Positions 26,371 to 40,158 of a stretch of 64,000 bases of DNA are shown in pieces (position 1 is the stretch's first letter; each line of letters starts with the position of its first letter). Below the pieces are notes generated by a model. The model searched no databases. It was not told where the DNA came from and saw only the letters and a list, made by a program, of their open reading frames with translations. The stretch spans positions 154,628,001-154,692,000 of the forward strand of contig OX597815.1 of the NCBI GenBank assembly GCA_951406725.2, given 5' to 3'. This DNA is from Octopus vulgaris (lineage: Eukaryota). Both the position numbers and the translations under genes were made by a program.

Positions 26371-26697
26371 ACAATCATAGTTGCCGACGAGAAGTTGGTT
26401 CCCTTCACAAATACATATACTTTTTCCAGTATCGATTGACACTGATATTGAAAAAGTGAAATCAAACAATGATAAATCTCAGAGCGAGTTATAAACAGTA
26501 GCAGCAACACATCGTGACGTATATTAGCCATATTCAAATGGCAAATATACGTCACGATGTGTTGCTGCTACTGTTTATAACTCAATCTGAGATTTATCAT
26601 TGTTTGATTTCACTTTTTCAATATCAGTGTCAATCGATACTGGAAAAAGTATATGTATTTGTGAAGGAACCAACTTTTCGTCGACAACTGCGATTGT

Positions 26698-26742
26698 CAC
26701 ACGCTGATGACGGGTCAATACCCTGAAACTCGAGTCCGTGTG
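26698..26742 (+). ncRNA. Minimal type I hammerhead ribozyme
   Basis: Stem I cacacg/cgtgtg, core CTGATGA, stem II gggt-caat-accc (C.U at its base), GAAA, short stem III within the palindrome actcgagt, GUC cleavage triplet at 26734-26736. Confidence 0.85.
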
Positions 26743-26902
26743 TATCATGAGTTGAAGACGGGAAGGATGGCTTCTCTTTGCAAATACTGATAGGACACAG
26801 AAAGTGTGTCTATAGCCAGCTGGAGGAGGTGTCCTCCTGGGGCTACAAACTACAGTAGCATTCACCCTTAGGGGTTAGCCATATTCAAATGGTAAATATA
26901 CG

Positions 26903-26966
<64 letters not shown>

Positions 26967-27089
26967 TGCTTCTGTTTGTGCCTTATTTAAGTGAGTTAGT
27001 GGTGTTTGTAAACGTGTAGGTGAGTTCGTGTTTTGGTTGAGCTTTCGATGCACACACTCAAGTGTATGCATCAGTTCATCTACGGAATC

Positions 27090-27480
27090 TCAGATGGCGA
27101 ATATTTGGAATGTCTTACAAATCTGCACTTTGCTGCTATGATATTGGATTTGGAGAATGTGCGTCAGATATTTGCTCTCCCTTCGAAAAGCGTAGAATTT
27201 CTAGGTGTTTGTGTAAATTTGTAGGTACGTAGCACAATGGGAAAATGATGAGAGGTACAAATGAAAATTTGTAGTTGCGATACAAGAGCTGCAATTTGTC
27301 TATGAATTCGTCATAAATTTTCACTTGCTTCTGAAATTTTGATGGTGCATTAACATTCATGAAGTAGTATTCTTTCTTCCTAAAGGTGTAAATTTATGCT
27401 AGATCTGACATGAAGTTAATGTATTTGCAGGATAATCCATCTTGCTCATAGCTTTGCAAAAATATTTTGCGACCATATCA
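27090..27480 (-). mobile_element. R4/Dong-like 3' fragment, degenerate
   Basis: KIYDEFIDKLQLLYRNYKFSFVPLII...LEILRFS matches the REL C-termini of neighbouring copies. Confidence 0.6.
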
Positions 27481-27574
27481 TTCTCAGAGCTAAGGAGAAT
27501 TCCCTAGACATTTTGGCGCGGTTGCTGCTGCTGATGTAGATGATATTTTCCACGTATGTATGTCTCCTCTATGT

Positions 27575-28490
27575 TTTTAATTAACGTAAATCTTCCAATG
27601 AAGAAGGAGCCAGTTTCCAACATAGATACAAGGCTCCATCTTTGGGATGTAGTTAACGCAGACAAATTCACATTTGGGACTTGCATTTTTTACTGTTCCA
27701 CTCACAGATCGCACTTTTAATGTATGAATTAGCCCGTCGATTTCTCTTTCTGAAAATCCTAATTTATCCCGATTCTCGTTTAGGAGTTTACTAACAAACT
27801 TTAGTGCTCCAATTATCATTGGTGTGAATATGAATTGATAGTCTGAAAACAGAAGCTGGAGGTTTCGAAGCAGTTCTCCATAGATATCCTCTTTCTTTAA
27901 TTTTCAAAGACATATTTATATCTCCAGGGCAGCAGGCCTCTATGATGGTATATACCTTTGCCCCTTGTCCCATGCAGCAATATCCGACCTGCTATGCTTA
28001 CATTTGACAGACGTTTTGATGGAAATATTCCACCAGTATTCTGTGAGTTGGTGTTTATGAATGTATTCCATAACAGGGATTTTATAAGTTTATTTCAGGA
28101 CAGTCTTTTTTGTGGACGGCATTATAAATTGTTTTAGCAACAACATCGTGCTGTGTAGGGAGGTAGTATCGTGACGACATTTTAGGACAGCTGTTAATTA
28201 CATGCGTAATATCTTCCACAGAAACGTGACATAGTCTACACATGAGGTGCCCCTTGGGATTACAAGAGCGTCATTGTCTCTCTTGTTCACCAGGTATTTG
28301 GTGACAATCTCCTGTTCTTGAATTGCAAACGCATCGCCTTCATAGTGTGATGTGATGCAGTGGTCTTGTGTCCAAGAGAACCTGCGCTTCGTGTCAATGT
28401 CACTGTCGTCTTCAATCTATCCATGCATAGTCATTTTTTATATGCTGAGTACTTTCCATCCGGGTCTTTTCTGAAGTAAGAGAGCCCAGC
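27575..28490 (-). mobile_element. R4/Dong-like 3' portion (CCHC, REL endonuclease and 3' UTR)
   Basis: CRLCHVSVEDITHVINSCPKMSSRYYLPTQHDVVAK zinc knuckle; IIEACCPGDINMSLKIKE; IIGALKFV; 3' UTR homologous to 22278-22380. Confidence 0.88.
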
Positions 28491-28561
28491 TATATGTATG
28501 CTTGTATGTATATATGTATGTAAGTATACATGTATACATGTATGTATGTATGTATGCATGC

Positions 28562-28594
<33 letters not shown>

Positions 28595-29177
28595 TGTATG
28601 TATGTATGTATGTATGTATGTATGTATGTATGTATGTGTGTATGTATGTAAGGATGGATGGATGTGCGCGTTTTTTTTTACATTTTTCCAGTACGCTTTA
28701 CAAACGGTATTGAATTGTTTGTAGTACTGTAACACAGCGGTATAACAAAAGAAATATTAGACAAAGTATTGCATTTAAAAGTAAGTTAAGAGATTTTCTT
28801 TTTCTTCTAAATCCTTCAAGGCTGCAATGTAGCTTGACCACAGACCACTGAATGAAATAAGTAGAATAAAAAATGAATACAGCGTATTATTTAGCAGATT
28901 GTTAGACGAAACGCTTTGCCGTTTTATCTTATGTCACTTTAAATTCATCGTAAACAATGTCTTCTTTCGCTTTACTTGATGTCGATAGAGTAACTACTAG
29001 TAGATTGATAGTAATCAAAGTTAAACTGATAAAAAGTCTAGTTCATGCGTCCATGTTAGAATAACCGTGACAGACTATAAGAACAAACATTTAAAAACTA
29101 GGCCGATATAGAGAGAACAGTGAACAGGCATCGCAAGCCAGACAACAGATTTTCTTATAAATATAAATTAATAATAA

Positions 29178-29390
29178 AGTGGTGATCTGGTAGAACAGTT
29201 AGCACGTCGCGGAAAAAGCTTACTGTCACTTCGTCCGTCGTTACGTTCTTAGTTCACATTCCACCGAGGTTGACTTTGCCTTTTATTCTTTCGGGGTTGA
29301 TAAAATAAGTACCAGTTTAATACTAGGGTCGATGTGATCGACTTACCCCTATCTGGAAATTGCTAGTCTTTTGCCAAAAGTTGAAACCAA
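29178..29390 (+). mobile_element. SINE family B
   Basis: gtggtgatctggtagaacagttagcacg...ccgaggttgactttgcc...gataaaataagtacc. Confidence 0.85.
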
Positions 29391-29439
29391 TACAAAAATG
29401 ATTCTAGTTTCTGATTTATGTATAAAGCAAATACTATTT

Positions 29440-29622
29440 AGGGGAGGTGGTTAGTTGACATAATCGACCCCAGTACGTAACTTGTACTATGTTTTATGGA
29501 CACAGGAAGGACAAAAAAGATAAGTTGATTCTGATGATATTTGAACTCAGAATATAAAGAACCTCACGAAATTTCACAAATTAATTTTTCGATGATCTAC
29601 TGATTACACCAGTTACACCGCC
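29440..29622 (-). mobile_element. SINE family B, inverted and degenerate
   Basis: atcgaccccagtac...tttgaactcagaat...accagttacaccgcc is the reverse complement of the family B pattern. Confidence 0.65.
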
Positions 29623-29754
29623 AAAAATATATAATGGTTTTAAATTTCAACACACGCCGGGTATTTTAGGGTAGGAGCAAGTCGATATTATCGACTCTAA
29701 TGCTCAAATGATACTTATTTTATTGACCTCGTAAAGATGAATGGAAAAGCCGGT

Positions 29755-29756
<2 letters not shown>

Positions 29757-29815
<59 letters not shown>

Positions 29816-29892
29816 TACATACATACATACATACATACATACATACATACATACATACACACTTACAGACAGACAGACAGATAGATAGATAA

Positions 29893-29984
<92 letters not shown>
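29757..29984. repeat. Compound (TA)n/(TACA)n/(ATAG)n microsatellite
   Basis: Direct inspection. Confidence 0.95.
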
Positions 29985-29985
<1 letters not shown>

Positions 29986-30829
29986 GTGATTGGTTGATTC
30001 CGGTTCGGGCATACATAAATTTCCATACTCATTACCGAATTTACTGGTGATATAATCCCTCACCTGACTGTTTGGGCTTCGTAGCAGACACAGGAGTTAA
30101 ATGCTTGCAACCGCAATCATACATTCAGAAGCACAGACTGAATAAAGATTGTATAAAATTCAGCAGTAGTAACTTGGTAGTAATCTGAAATGGTCTTGTC
30201 ACACGCCACCATGGCTTATATTTCCTTTTCCGATTAGTTTTATAAGAAATTAACCTCGTAAATTATTAATTATATAATATTTAATCAATTCAATCAGATA
30301 TACACAACTTCGATGAAGTACCTGAAATCTTATATCTATAAACGTGTCAAAATCCAATATGTAAATGTTAGCTATAAGTTATTAAGGAGTATGTGTGTGT
30401 GTGTATGTGTATGTGTGTATGTGTATTTGTGTATGTGTGCATGTGTATACGTGTCTGTCTGAGTGTGAACTTTTGTTTTTTAATTTAACCGAGACTCTTA
30501 TATACATTTGCGAAATTACAAATACATATACAAATATGGTTTGGTGTTCATTTCTAATTTGTCCTGTAAGTTCTGAGCTTTTAGACATACCTGCGTAAAT
30601 ACATATATACACATACACACACTCACAAAAATTCACACATTTACTTTTAAACACTGCGGTCGATTCGTTCAACTAAAAGTCTTGAAAGCATTGCCCCTGC
30701 ATCCTTGCATGGACGAGGTCTAATAGCTGAAATAAGTGACGGATAAAAATAAAAGATAAAGATGTGTCTAGGTTTAGTTCATACATGCTTATATAAAGAG
30801 ACATGCTATTACTTTTGTGGTGTTGCTTA

Positions 30830-32250
30830 TCACATACACACAAAAAGAATTATTACATTCTTCACTAACAAGAGTTAAAAATCAAATAGAAACATTTCAA
30901 GACCGTAAAAAAGAAAATGCTTGAGTGAAATTAATCATCGTCAAACAGAAGTTTAGAGTTGTCAGTAAAGATCTTCGTTGTTAGGAGAAAGTAGCAAAGA
31001 AAAATATACATGGCAAGAAATTGAAGCAAACTAAAGCAACAATTTACAGACATATTAAAGTACAATCGATATATGTCACATGACCTGCTGTTCATGAAGA
31101 CATATAATTTCCAGGAAAAATATTTGGCAGTGAACGAACGAAATTTAATTAGGATACAGCGTGGCTAGAAGAAATCTGAAACAAGTATTCACCCTGTATT
31201 ACGGCAAATCATACAACGACAAAGAGAGACCCTTGAGACAGCGATTTAAAAGTTTTAGGATTGGAAAGCACCTAAAAGTGATTTGATTGTCGGAGATGAA
31301 TAGAAAAATCTGACCTTCTGTCGAAGTATGCTAGAGCAAATTCTCCATGGAAATATAAATACATATTAAATTGATTGTCAATGGCTGAATCAAAATTGAT
31401 ATCCCAATGTAATATTACTCAAGTGGATAAAAAAACACAGAAAAAAGAACTACTGCCCAATTGCCTGTCTGAATCTCACGTATAAAAATATAAAACTTCT
31501 ACGAACATATTCCTCCAAAATCACCAAACGTAGGCTGGGTAGATGCTGAATAATTTTTGATTAAAAATTGTGATGTCACAGGTGTGGTGGCTGAATTAAC
31601 AAAAAATAAAGACACGAAATACTCCTAATACCACTAATAGTATAAATCGTTGTAAAAGTATGTTTGAAGGTAACTGTCTTGCTGCCATATTGTTATCCTT
31701 TCAGGAAACTCTTCTTTCTATCTTTTTTGTTTTGACTCACAGGAAACAGAAACTAAAGCCTAACAGGCGCTTTCTGTGTGAAGTATCTTAATGAATGTGC
31801 AAGGAATATGTTATGAAGTAAAAGTTGATGATATTCTCAGATGGCACTGGGCTGGAGTTTGGCCCAGATAATGATTATTCAATGGTTGGATAGTACTACA
31901 AGCCCCTCTACCAAAATTGTTATTAAGTGGCTGGTATTTCTCCTATGTTTGATGAGAAATGACACATAGGTATTTAGAGATGGAAGAAAATGTATCCTAT
32001 AATAATATTTGAACAAGGAATATCGTAACAAGACGCAAACGCAATCCCCAGGCATCTCTGTATAAAATTCAATAATAACATACAATATATTTGTTGTATT
32101 AGATTTTATAGAAACATTTGCACAAGGGGATTGTATGTTAGATGAGACCCGGGCTATTGATGTTAAAATCTTACTTTTATTACCCAACACCAGAAATTTC
32201 CAAATCAATATGACTACCATGGGGTAGAAAGGGCTCCTTAGCCGTAGTGA
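30830..32250 (+). mobile_element. Highly decayed R4-like non-LTR element
   Basis: WKAPKSDLIVG at ~31262 and NYCPIACL at ~31448 (cf. WKxPGxD, NYRPITCL); the rest is barely readable. Confidence 0.45.
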
Positions 32251-33387
32251 AGGCAATCTATCTAGGGAGATAACCTTACAATAAATCACTCGGTCCGTAG
32301 CTTAGAGATACTGGGTTGACGTCTAGCGGAAACAGCTTTGTTTCATGGAGGAGGAAAGATCTTCTTTAGTACTTGGTTGTACAATGCTTTCCAATGTGTG
32401 TAGTAGTGGCGCGCGCACACATTATTAGCCATTTGAAAAGACTACGGAATTTAGTCTCGACCACGGTCGAACAATGATGATGATGATGACTACTATTACT
32501 TAGTCTGGGAGTGCACCCAAGGATCAAATTTGCTTATATGATACTGGTAAGTATCATGTGAATAGGAAGAATGTCCTAACTAGTGACCAGCAATATATAG
32601 CTAGAGACGTAGCACACTCTGCTGCCACATGTCATTCAACGAAATATTTAAGCATGTCAACTGAGGTTCATAGCGATAGTTATATATGCCAGAAGCTTCA
32701 ACGTGATAGCCACAGATAAACAGACTAGACTGATACGGATCTACAACGCGGATATTAGCCTACACTTCGGAAGATATATTATTACCATACAGGAACAAGA
32801 ATAAGAATAAAATGATTACTGTTTTCAACAGATAGAGACACTAGTAAATCAGAGATGCCAGGATCAATGCAGACTGTAGAATTTACACGGTGAATATCTC
32901 CCATACCATAATTAAGCACGAAGATGGTACCAGATATCGGTAAATATAATGTATAGAAAGGATAACACTGAAGGTAACAATATGAGAATCAACAAGAATG
33001 TGAATTATATAATCACCAATGGCACTATCAATGTCTCGCACTTCACACACCAGACTTAATGATCAGGTATAGGATATAGAAATTACGCAGAGGGGCGGAC
33101 GTGAGTGGCTAGGTTAAATTAATGCTTAAGAATTAGCTTAAATGAAAACAGTGATGACGATCTGATGAGAAATCATCAATTATTCCACCGATCTATAAAA
33201 TAAGAAATGTTGATATAATTATTGGTGCATTTGGATACGTAACAAGCGGCTACAGCACAATCTTTTGAAGCGGGGAAATTGCTGCTTCAAGCCAGTAAAA
33301 GCTTTGATACCCATAGCTGCACAGACGTATGTAGGTGCAAACTTGTACACATGCATGCCTGTTTGAGCAAATGTGAACTTGCATTTA

Positions 33388-33432
<45 letters not shown>

Positions 33433-33466
33433 GCATATATATGTGCGTGTGTGTGTGTATTTATGT

Positions 33467-33523
<57 letters not shown>

Positions 33524-33835
33524 ATTCCGATTCGATTGAATTAGGTCCTTAAACGAGGTAACTTTTAGGTCGATTTTATTTACACACCCCGATTTACACA
33601 TCCCCCCAAATATCAGGTTAATATCAAACTCTGTGCAGAAGTGTTTGCACTTGATATTTTTGCAGTGTATGCAGATAACATGACCCAACTTAGTGAATAG
33701 AACTGTTCTTGATTGTTCAGACATATATTTTATATACAAATGCATTCTATAATATTTCCGAAGTGCAGATTCCGGGGTAGGCGAATAAAATACAAATGAG
33801 TAACAAAAGATGACACCTGTACATCTTTGTTACTC

Positions 33836-33869
<34 letters not shown>

Positions 33870-33872
<3 letters not shown>

Positions 33873-35530
33873 AATTGAGATAGGGGTTGTAAAAGCAACC
33901 CTCCATGGGATAACATATATTCAATATACTGCTAGTGAAGTACCCAACAAAGTTAATACATAAATGTTAATGATTGCGATGCAATTAATTCATTTACTGT
34001 ATTATATGGGCAAAGGTAAAATGATTTACCACAAATTACTAATACAAGATAAGAAAATGGAGAAATAAATCTAAATCAAATATCAATTACCAGATAATAC
34101 TCAATCACATACTTTATTAAACCACTACATAAGAGACTGTAGGGTTAAATATAAAAGCAGAACAAAACAATGTACATAAAAGAATGTACATAAAAAAGTG
34201 TACATAAAAGAGTAATGTTGTATAATAAGTGGAATATATATAAAAGAGAATATAAATATAAGTAAATATAAATATAAGTATAGATTACATCTTACAGCTG
34301 TTTCGGCCATGTAGATAGGTATGTCTCATTTTACCAATATTAGCCCTTTATTGTTGGTCAATATATAGATATAAATGAGACATTTACAAATATATCATAA
34401 GGCCTCTTCGGAGATTATGTAATAAAATCAGTCTACATATATACCCACATGGGTGTGGGTGCATACCCATAATACAACATATACATATACATATGAGTGC
34501 ATATACTCACACTCTTATACATATAAAAATATAAATATACATAATGATATAAATAAATAATATACATATATGTGTTCCACATTCAATGTCTCAGTTTTTC
34601 GACTTAATATTGTGATAATAAACATACACAAATTAGTACTTAGATGCAAATATACATAGTCAATTGTATATTATATTACTTCATAATAATTTCTAAAGTG
34701 CCATTCAAGTTAGCATCATTGTCGTTGTCAATACCATTAATGTTATCATTATTATCATTCATAATATTATTAATAACGCTTACATTAGGATCCAGAGCGG
34801 TATATATGTATATCCGAGTTCCAGTTGGTAATTTTCCTTATGACATAAATACACTATTGGATTTGAATTTAAAATTATCATTATCTTCCTCACGGTTGGT
34901 CAATTGAGAGCCGCCCGACCCCCACTACACCGCATAAGCAAAACATACACATCCACATCTAACCCTAAACCCACACATCCACACAGAGACTCACACACAT
35001 GCACACACACATGAATACACCTCGACACATCTCTACACGTTCAATAAATTACAGAGTGCATGTCTGTCGTCGCATAGCTTATAGATAAATCAGTACAGGC
35101 AGCAGTGTCTAACAATAACACACACACTCACACGCACATCCGTATATACGCATAAATATTAATACACTTTCCTATACTGTGTCAGGGAACTTACGCACAC
35201 ACATATATATATATTTAAATATATATCTGCGCAGTCATACGTACAAATAAAAACTATATTTATATCTACCCATGAATGAATATTCGCATATACATATATA
35301 CATATCCAAGTACGCACCTGCGTGCTCATATGTTTAATAAAAACATACATCCGTACATCCACTCACGATCATACCTATATGTACAAAAACATACATACGT
35401 ACACATTCACATTTTCACACACCTACAGAGGTTACTATTAATTTAGAATAAGTTTATTAATTATAAATTAAATTAATTATAGATTAGTAAGTGCCAAATA
35501 AACAAAAATAAATAATTAAATAAATAAAAA

Positions 35531-35581
<51 letters not shown>

Positions 35582-36110
35582 AGATAAATAGATAAATAAA
35601 ATGGAATACAAATTAAGGAGGGCACAAGTATAAACCTAATATAGTAAGTATAAGTGGATACGCCGGAATGCTACAACATGCACATATATGTGCATGCACG
35701 CCCCCGCACGGACACGCGAGTTCATTGCCGGGCACACCCACACACGCCCCTCTCGCACACACGATCACCAAGATACACACAAGAACACGCGTACAAGTAC
35801 ACGCGAATGTCCGCAAGCATGTAAACACATGAACAAAATAAGAATAAACAAAAACAACAAAAACAAAATACAAATTACATGAACATATATAAATAGAAGA
35901 TACAAACATTACAGGCATCCCCCGACATACACACACTAAATAAACATAGACGCACATAGATATATAAGCATGCGGAAATGAAGACATACAATAGAAATAC
36001 AAAATGGCTGACGGTTAGTAAGGAGAGACACAAGTAAGAAAGAAGAAACAAAGGACCACTGATACGGTCACAGGAGTGTGACGAAAGAACTCTGGCCGAA
36101 ATAAGATTAA
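33870..36110 (-). mobile_element. Probable non-autonomous Penelope-like element region
   Basis: Contains the minus-strand HHR at 34289-34415 in low-complexity pLTR-like sequence bounded by (TA)n; boundaries uncertain. Confidence 0.35.
34289..34415 (-). ncRNA. Type I hammerhead ribozyme with very long stem II and CCGAAGA core
   Basis: Minus strand reads atct CCGAAGA ggcc[~92 nt including the atgtctcattt/aaatgagacat helix]ggcc GAAAC agct GTA agat; stem III lies within the palindrome acagctgt. Confidence 0.72.
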
Positions 36111-36269
36111 GATTAATGTAAAAAATAAATAACACTGAAGCAAAATAACACCAAATATATAGTGCGTGTGTTTTTATTGGCTAAACTGGCAATATGACCA
36201 TTCCGAAATATAATAATATCTGTTTCAACACACGACTTCACATAAAAAAATCTTGCACAGCAAATATTG

Positions 36270-37545
<1,276 letters not shown>

Positions 37546-38164
37546 TATTTGCGCGTGTGTGTATGTATGTGCGTGTCTGAGTGTGTGTGTGTTTAAAATG
37601 ATCGTTACTTATAGAGATATGTAACCGGATACGAGCATGCTTATATGTCAATAATAATTATTTACCCTCAGGCAATGGGGATATTTATTATTCGTCATTT
37701 GCCATTTTGCGTTTGAGAACAGCTATAGCAGATATATGCTAAAACCTGAGTCCGTATTTATACATGGAAAACCTTCTTATGAATATATATTATTTGGAAT
37801 TCAGTAGAAGTAATCTGATGGGAACAGATATAAACGACGATAACCTTGTTGGTATACAACTAATCATAATGCGTTTTGCATAATCCAAGAAAGTATCTTA
37901 ATATGTCTTAGTAAGGAGATAGTAATATAAATTCACGTTATATTGCTTTGCACGTTTGGAACCTGGCTGAAAAAGGCCGATGGCAAATATAAATCATTAA
38001 AATTTCCGCAGAATACACTGATATGTGAAAAAGAAGACATGAATAATCTAATTTTCCAAATCGCTCCTTTACTCCTGGGTAACGTTAAAGACAGGAAATA
38101 TATATTGTAGAATCTGCACATAAGGGATTTCGTTTCGATTCTAGATATCTAACGCTCATATATT

Positions 38165-38615
38165 CTCTTTACTCTCTTACTATTTTACTCGTTTCAGTCA
38201 TTTGACTGCGGCCATTCTGGAATATCGCCTTTTAATCGAGCAAATCGACCCCAGGACTTATTCTTTGTAACCATAGTAATTATTCTATCGGTCTGTTTTG
38301 CCGAACCACTAAGTTACGGGAATGTAAACACACCAGCATCATTTGTCAAGCGATGTTGGGTGGACAAACACAGACACACAAGCACACACACACGCACACA
38401 CACAGACACACACAGACATACAGATACACAGACACACACACACGCGCACGCACACACACACACGCGCACACACATATATATTTATACATGTACATATATA
38501 CGACGAGTTTCTTTCAGTTTCCGTCTACCAAATCCACTCACAAGGCTTTGGTCGGCCCGCATCTATAGTAGAAGACACTATCCCAAGGTGCCACGCAGTG
38601 GGACTAAACTCGGAA
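38165..38615 (-). mobile_element. SINE family A body (head displaced to 40125-40158)
   Basis: Reverse complement of family A from the 3' tail to the B-box region (gggactaaactcggaa), where similarity stops abruptly. Confidence 0.9.
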
Positions 38616-40120
38616 TTTTGCCATAAAGGTGGCACGATTTCCACCGAAGAGGCCTCGAGACATGCCGGCAGTACACTGCATACATACGGCACTGTCCCAT
38701 TCTTTTTACTCTTTTTCGTTTCTTTCTTTGGTACGGAAGGGGTTAGCTCCTTCATCATAAACGCAGGAACCTCGCTTCCACCCGCAACCCAGGAATCCCT
38801 CGGAGAGCAACCATTGTACCTCCCCTTCTTCTATTTTCTCCCCTCTTTTCGAGGGCAGTGAGTCACTTCTCCTCCATTTCTCCTTCCGGAGGAGGAGGAG
38901 GAGGAGGGGTTCTTCCACAACTAACTGCTCCAGGACCCTGCTCTGGTCCTTGGGACAGTTCTTCTTAATGTGGCCAGTCTCCAGGCACTGATGACATTGG
39001 GTGGGGGCGTCCCTCAAGAATCACCGGATACCTGGACCCGGCCATTCTCAAAATATCTGGGAACATCAGATCATCGACTGATTGGGTCCACAGGGTCAAA
39101 ACCGCTTTTAACCCCATCCAATTAGCCTCAGGCGTCATTTTAACATTCAAGAGCTTGGAACCGCTACCACCCAGACTCCGGCGGATAGTGTCTTCTATCT
39201 ACTCGGTCTCTATTACGGTTGGCATCCCACACACCCAAGCTCTTGTCAAATTCCTCCCACTATATGTGGGCAGAAACAGAACTTTCTCCCCTTCCAAGTG
39301 CTGGCTCGCAAAAATGCGAGCTTCCTCAGTGGCATCGAATAGCAACTCCACTGTTGCATATTTGACACTCCTTGCAATAAACTTAATGTTTGACAGGTAT
39401 TCCGCCAACTCCTTCTCAGTATCTACTTGAGAGAACACAGTGATGGTATCGAGAGACTAGGAATATGTCCTCAACACCACCATTCTCTCATTAAGGTCCT
39501 CTACCTATTGCTTGAGGGGCACAATTTCCCACTCCAAGACAGTGTTTTTATTTTTTGCCATGCTTTATAAAAAAAAAAAAACTGTTCAAAAAAATTCAAA
39601 ATATTCAAATAAATGTCCAAAGAAAGACAAAGAAAGAACAAAAAGATAAAGCAGAGAAAAGAACGAAGGAAGACAGTTCCAGCATGGCAAAACAATTCCG
39701 CCACTTGGGTAATCCGGGTCCACAGGTAATCCACAAATAATCCACAAGTAATCCTCCAGAATATTGTTTTACACACGTACTCCAGTTCACCGTAGCAGCC
39801 AAAAAGTTCCCCCACGAATGGGTTGAATTGTTATAAACTTTTAAAATTTGGTATCGAGACACGCCCTTTCAAAACAAAACATTTTCACCGCTAAGTGAGT
39901 TACCCAGCGCGACTACAGCAGACAAATGTTCGAGATTCAGTGGCGATTTCTTATATGGAAAAAGGAACAACAAGGTTATACAACAAATTCTTCACTAAGT
40001 CCCTTAAAAAAACAAGTGCCCACCTAGCAGTCGCGCCTCTTCAACAAGTCTTCGATTCAAGACGACCACCTACGCACGTCTTGACAATGTTCAATCCAAA
40101 AAGCCACTAACAAACGCGCA
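38616..40120 (-). mobile_element. 5' part of a Tx1/L1-like LINE (5' UTR and disrupted gag-like ORF1)
   Basis: ORF pieces ...KFIARSVKYATVELLFDATEEARIFA...LFLPTYSGRNLTRAWVCGMP..., ...YPVILEGRP, and the zinc knuckle CHQCLETGHIKKNC (CX2CX4HX4C). Confidence 0.75.
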
Positions 40121-40124
40121 TGCC

Positions 40125-40158
40125 TAAGGAAGCTACTTACCACATAGCCACTCATGTG
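40125..40158 (-). mobile_element. 5' head of the interrupted SINE family A copy
   Basis: taaggaagctacttaccacatagccactcatg is the reverse complement of the family A 5' end. Confidence 0.8.

Larger units (their letters stand above)
26162..26906. mobile_element. 745-bp near-perfect palindrome of two inverted copies of a Penelope-pLTR- or retrozyme-like unit
   Basis: Arms are reverse complements with scattered substitutions and one indel; centre gccat-attcaa-atggc (26527-26542); each arm carries a hammerhead motif; the right end abuts (TA)n. Confidence 0.9.

Noticed and set aside
26510-26560. Palindrome centre as a tyrosine-recombinase or protelomerase site (inverted arms with a 6-bp spacer)
   Set aside because: No recombinase gene nearby; the hammerhead and terminal redundancy explain it better as a Penelope/retrozyme-type fold-back, though this is not formally excluded.
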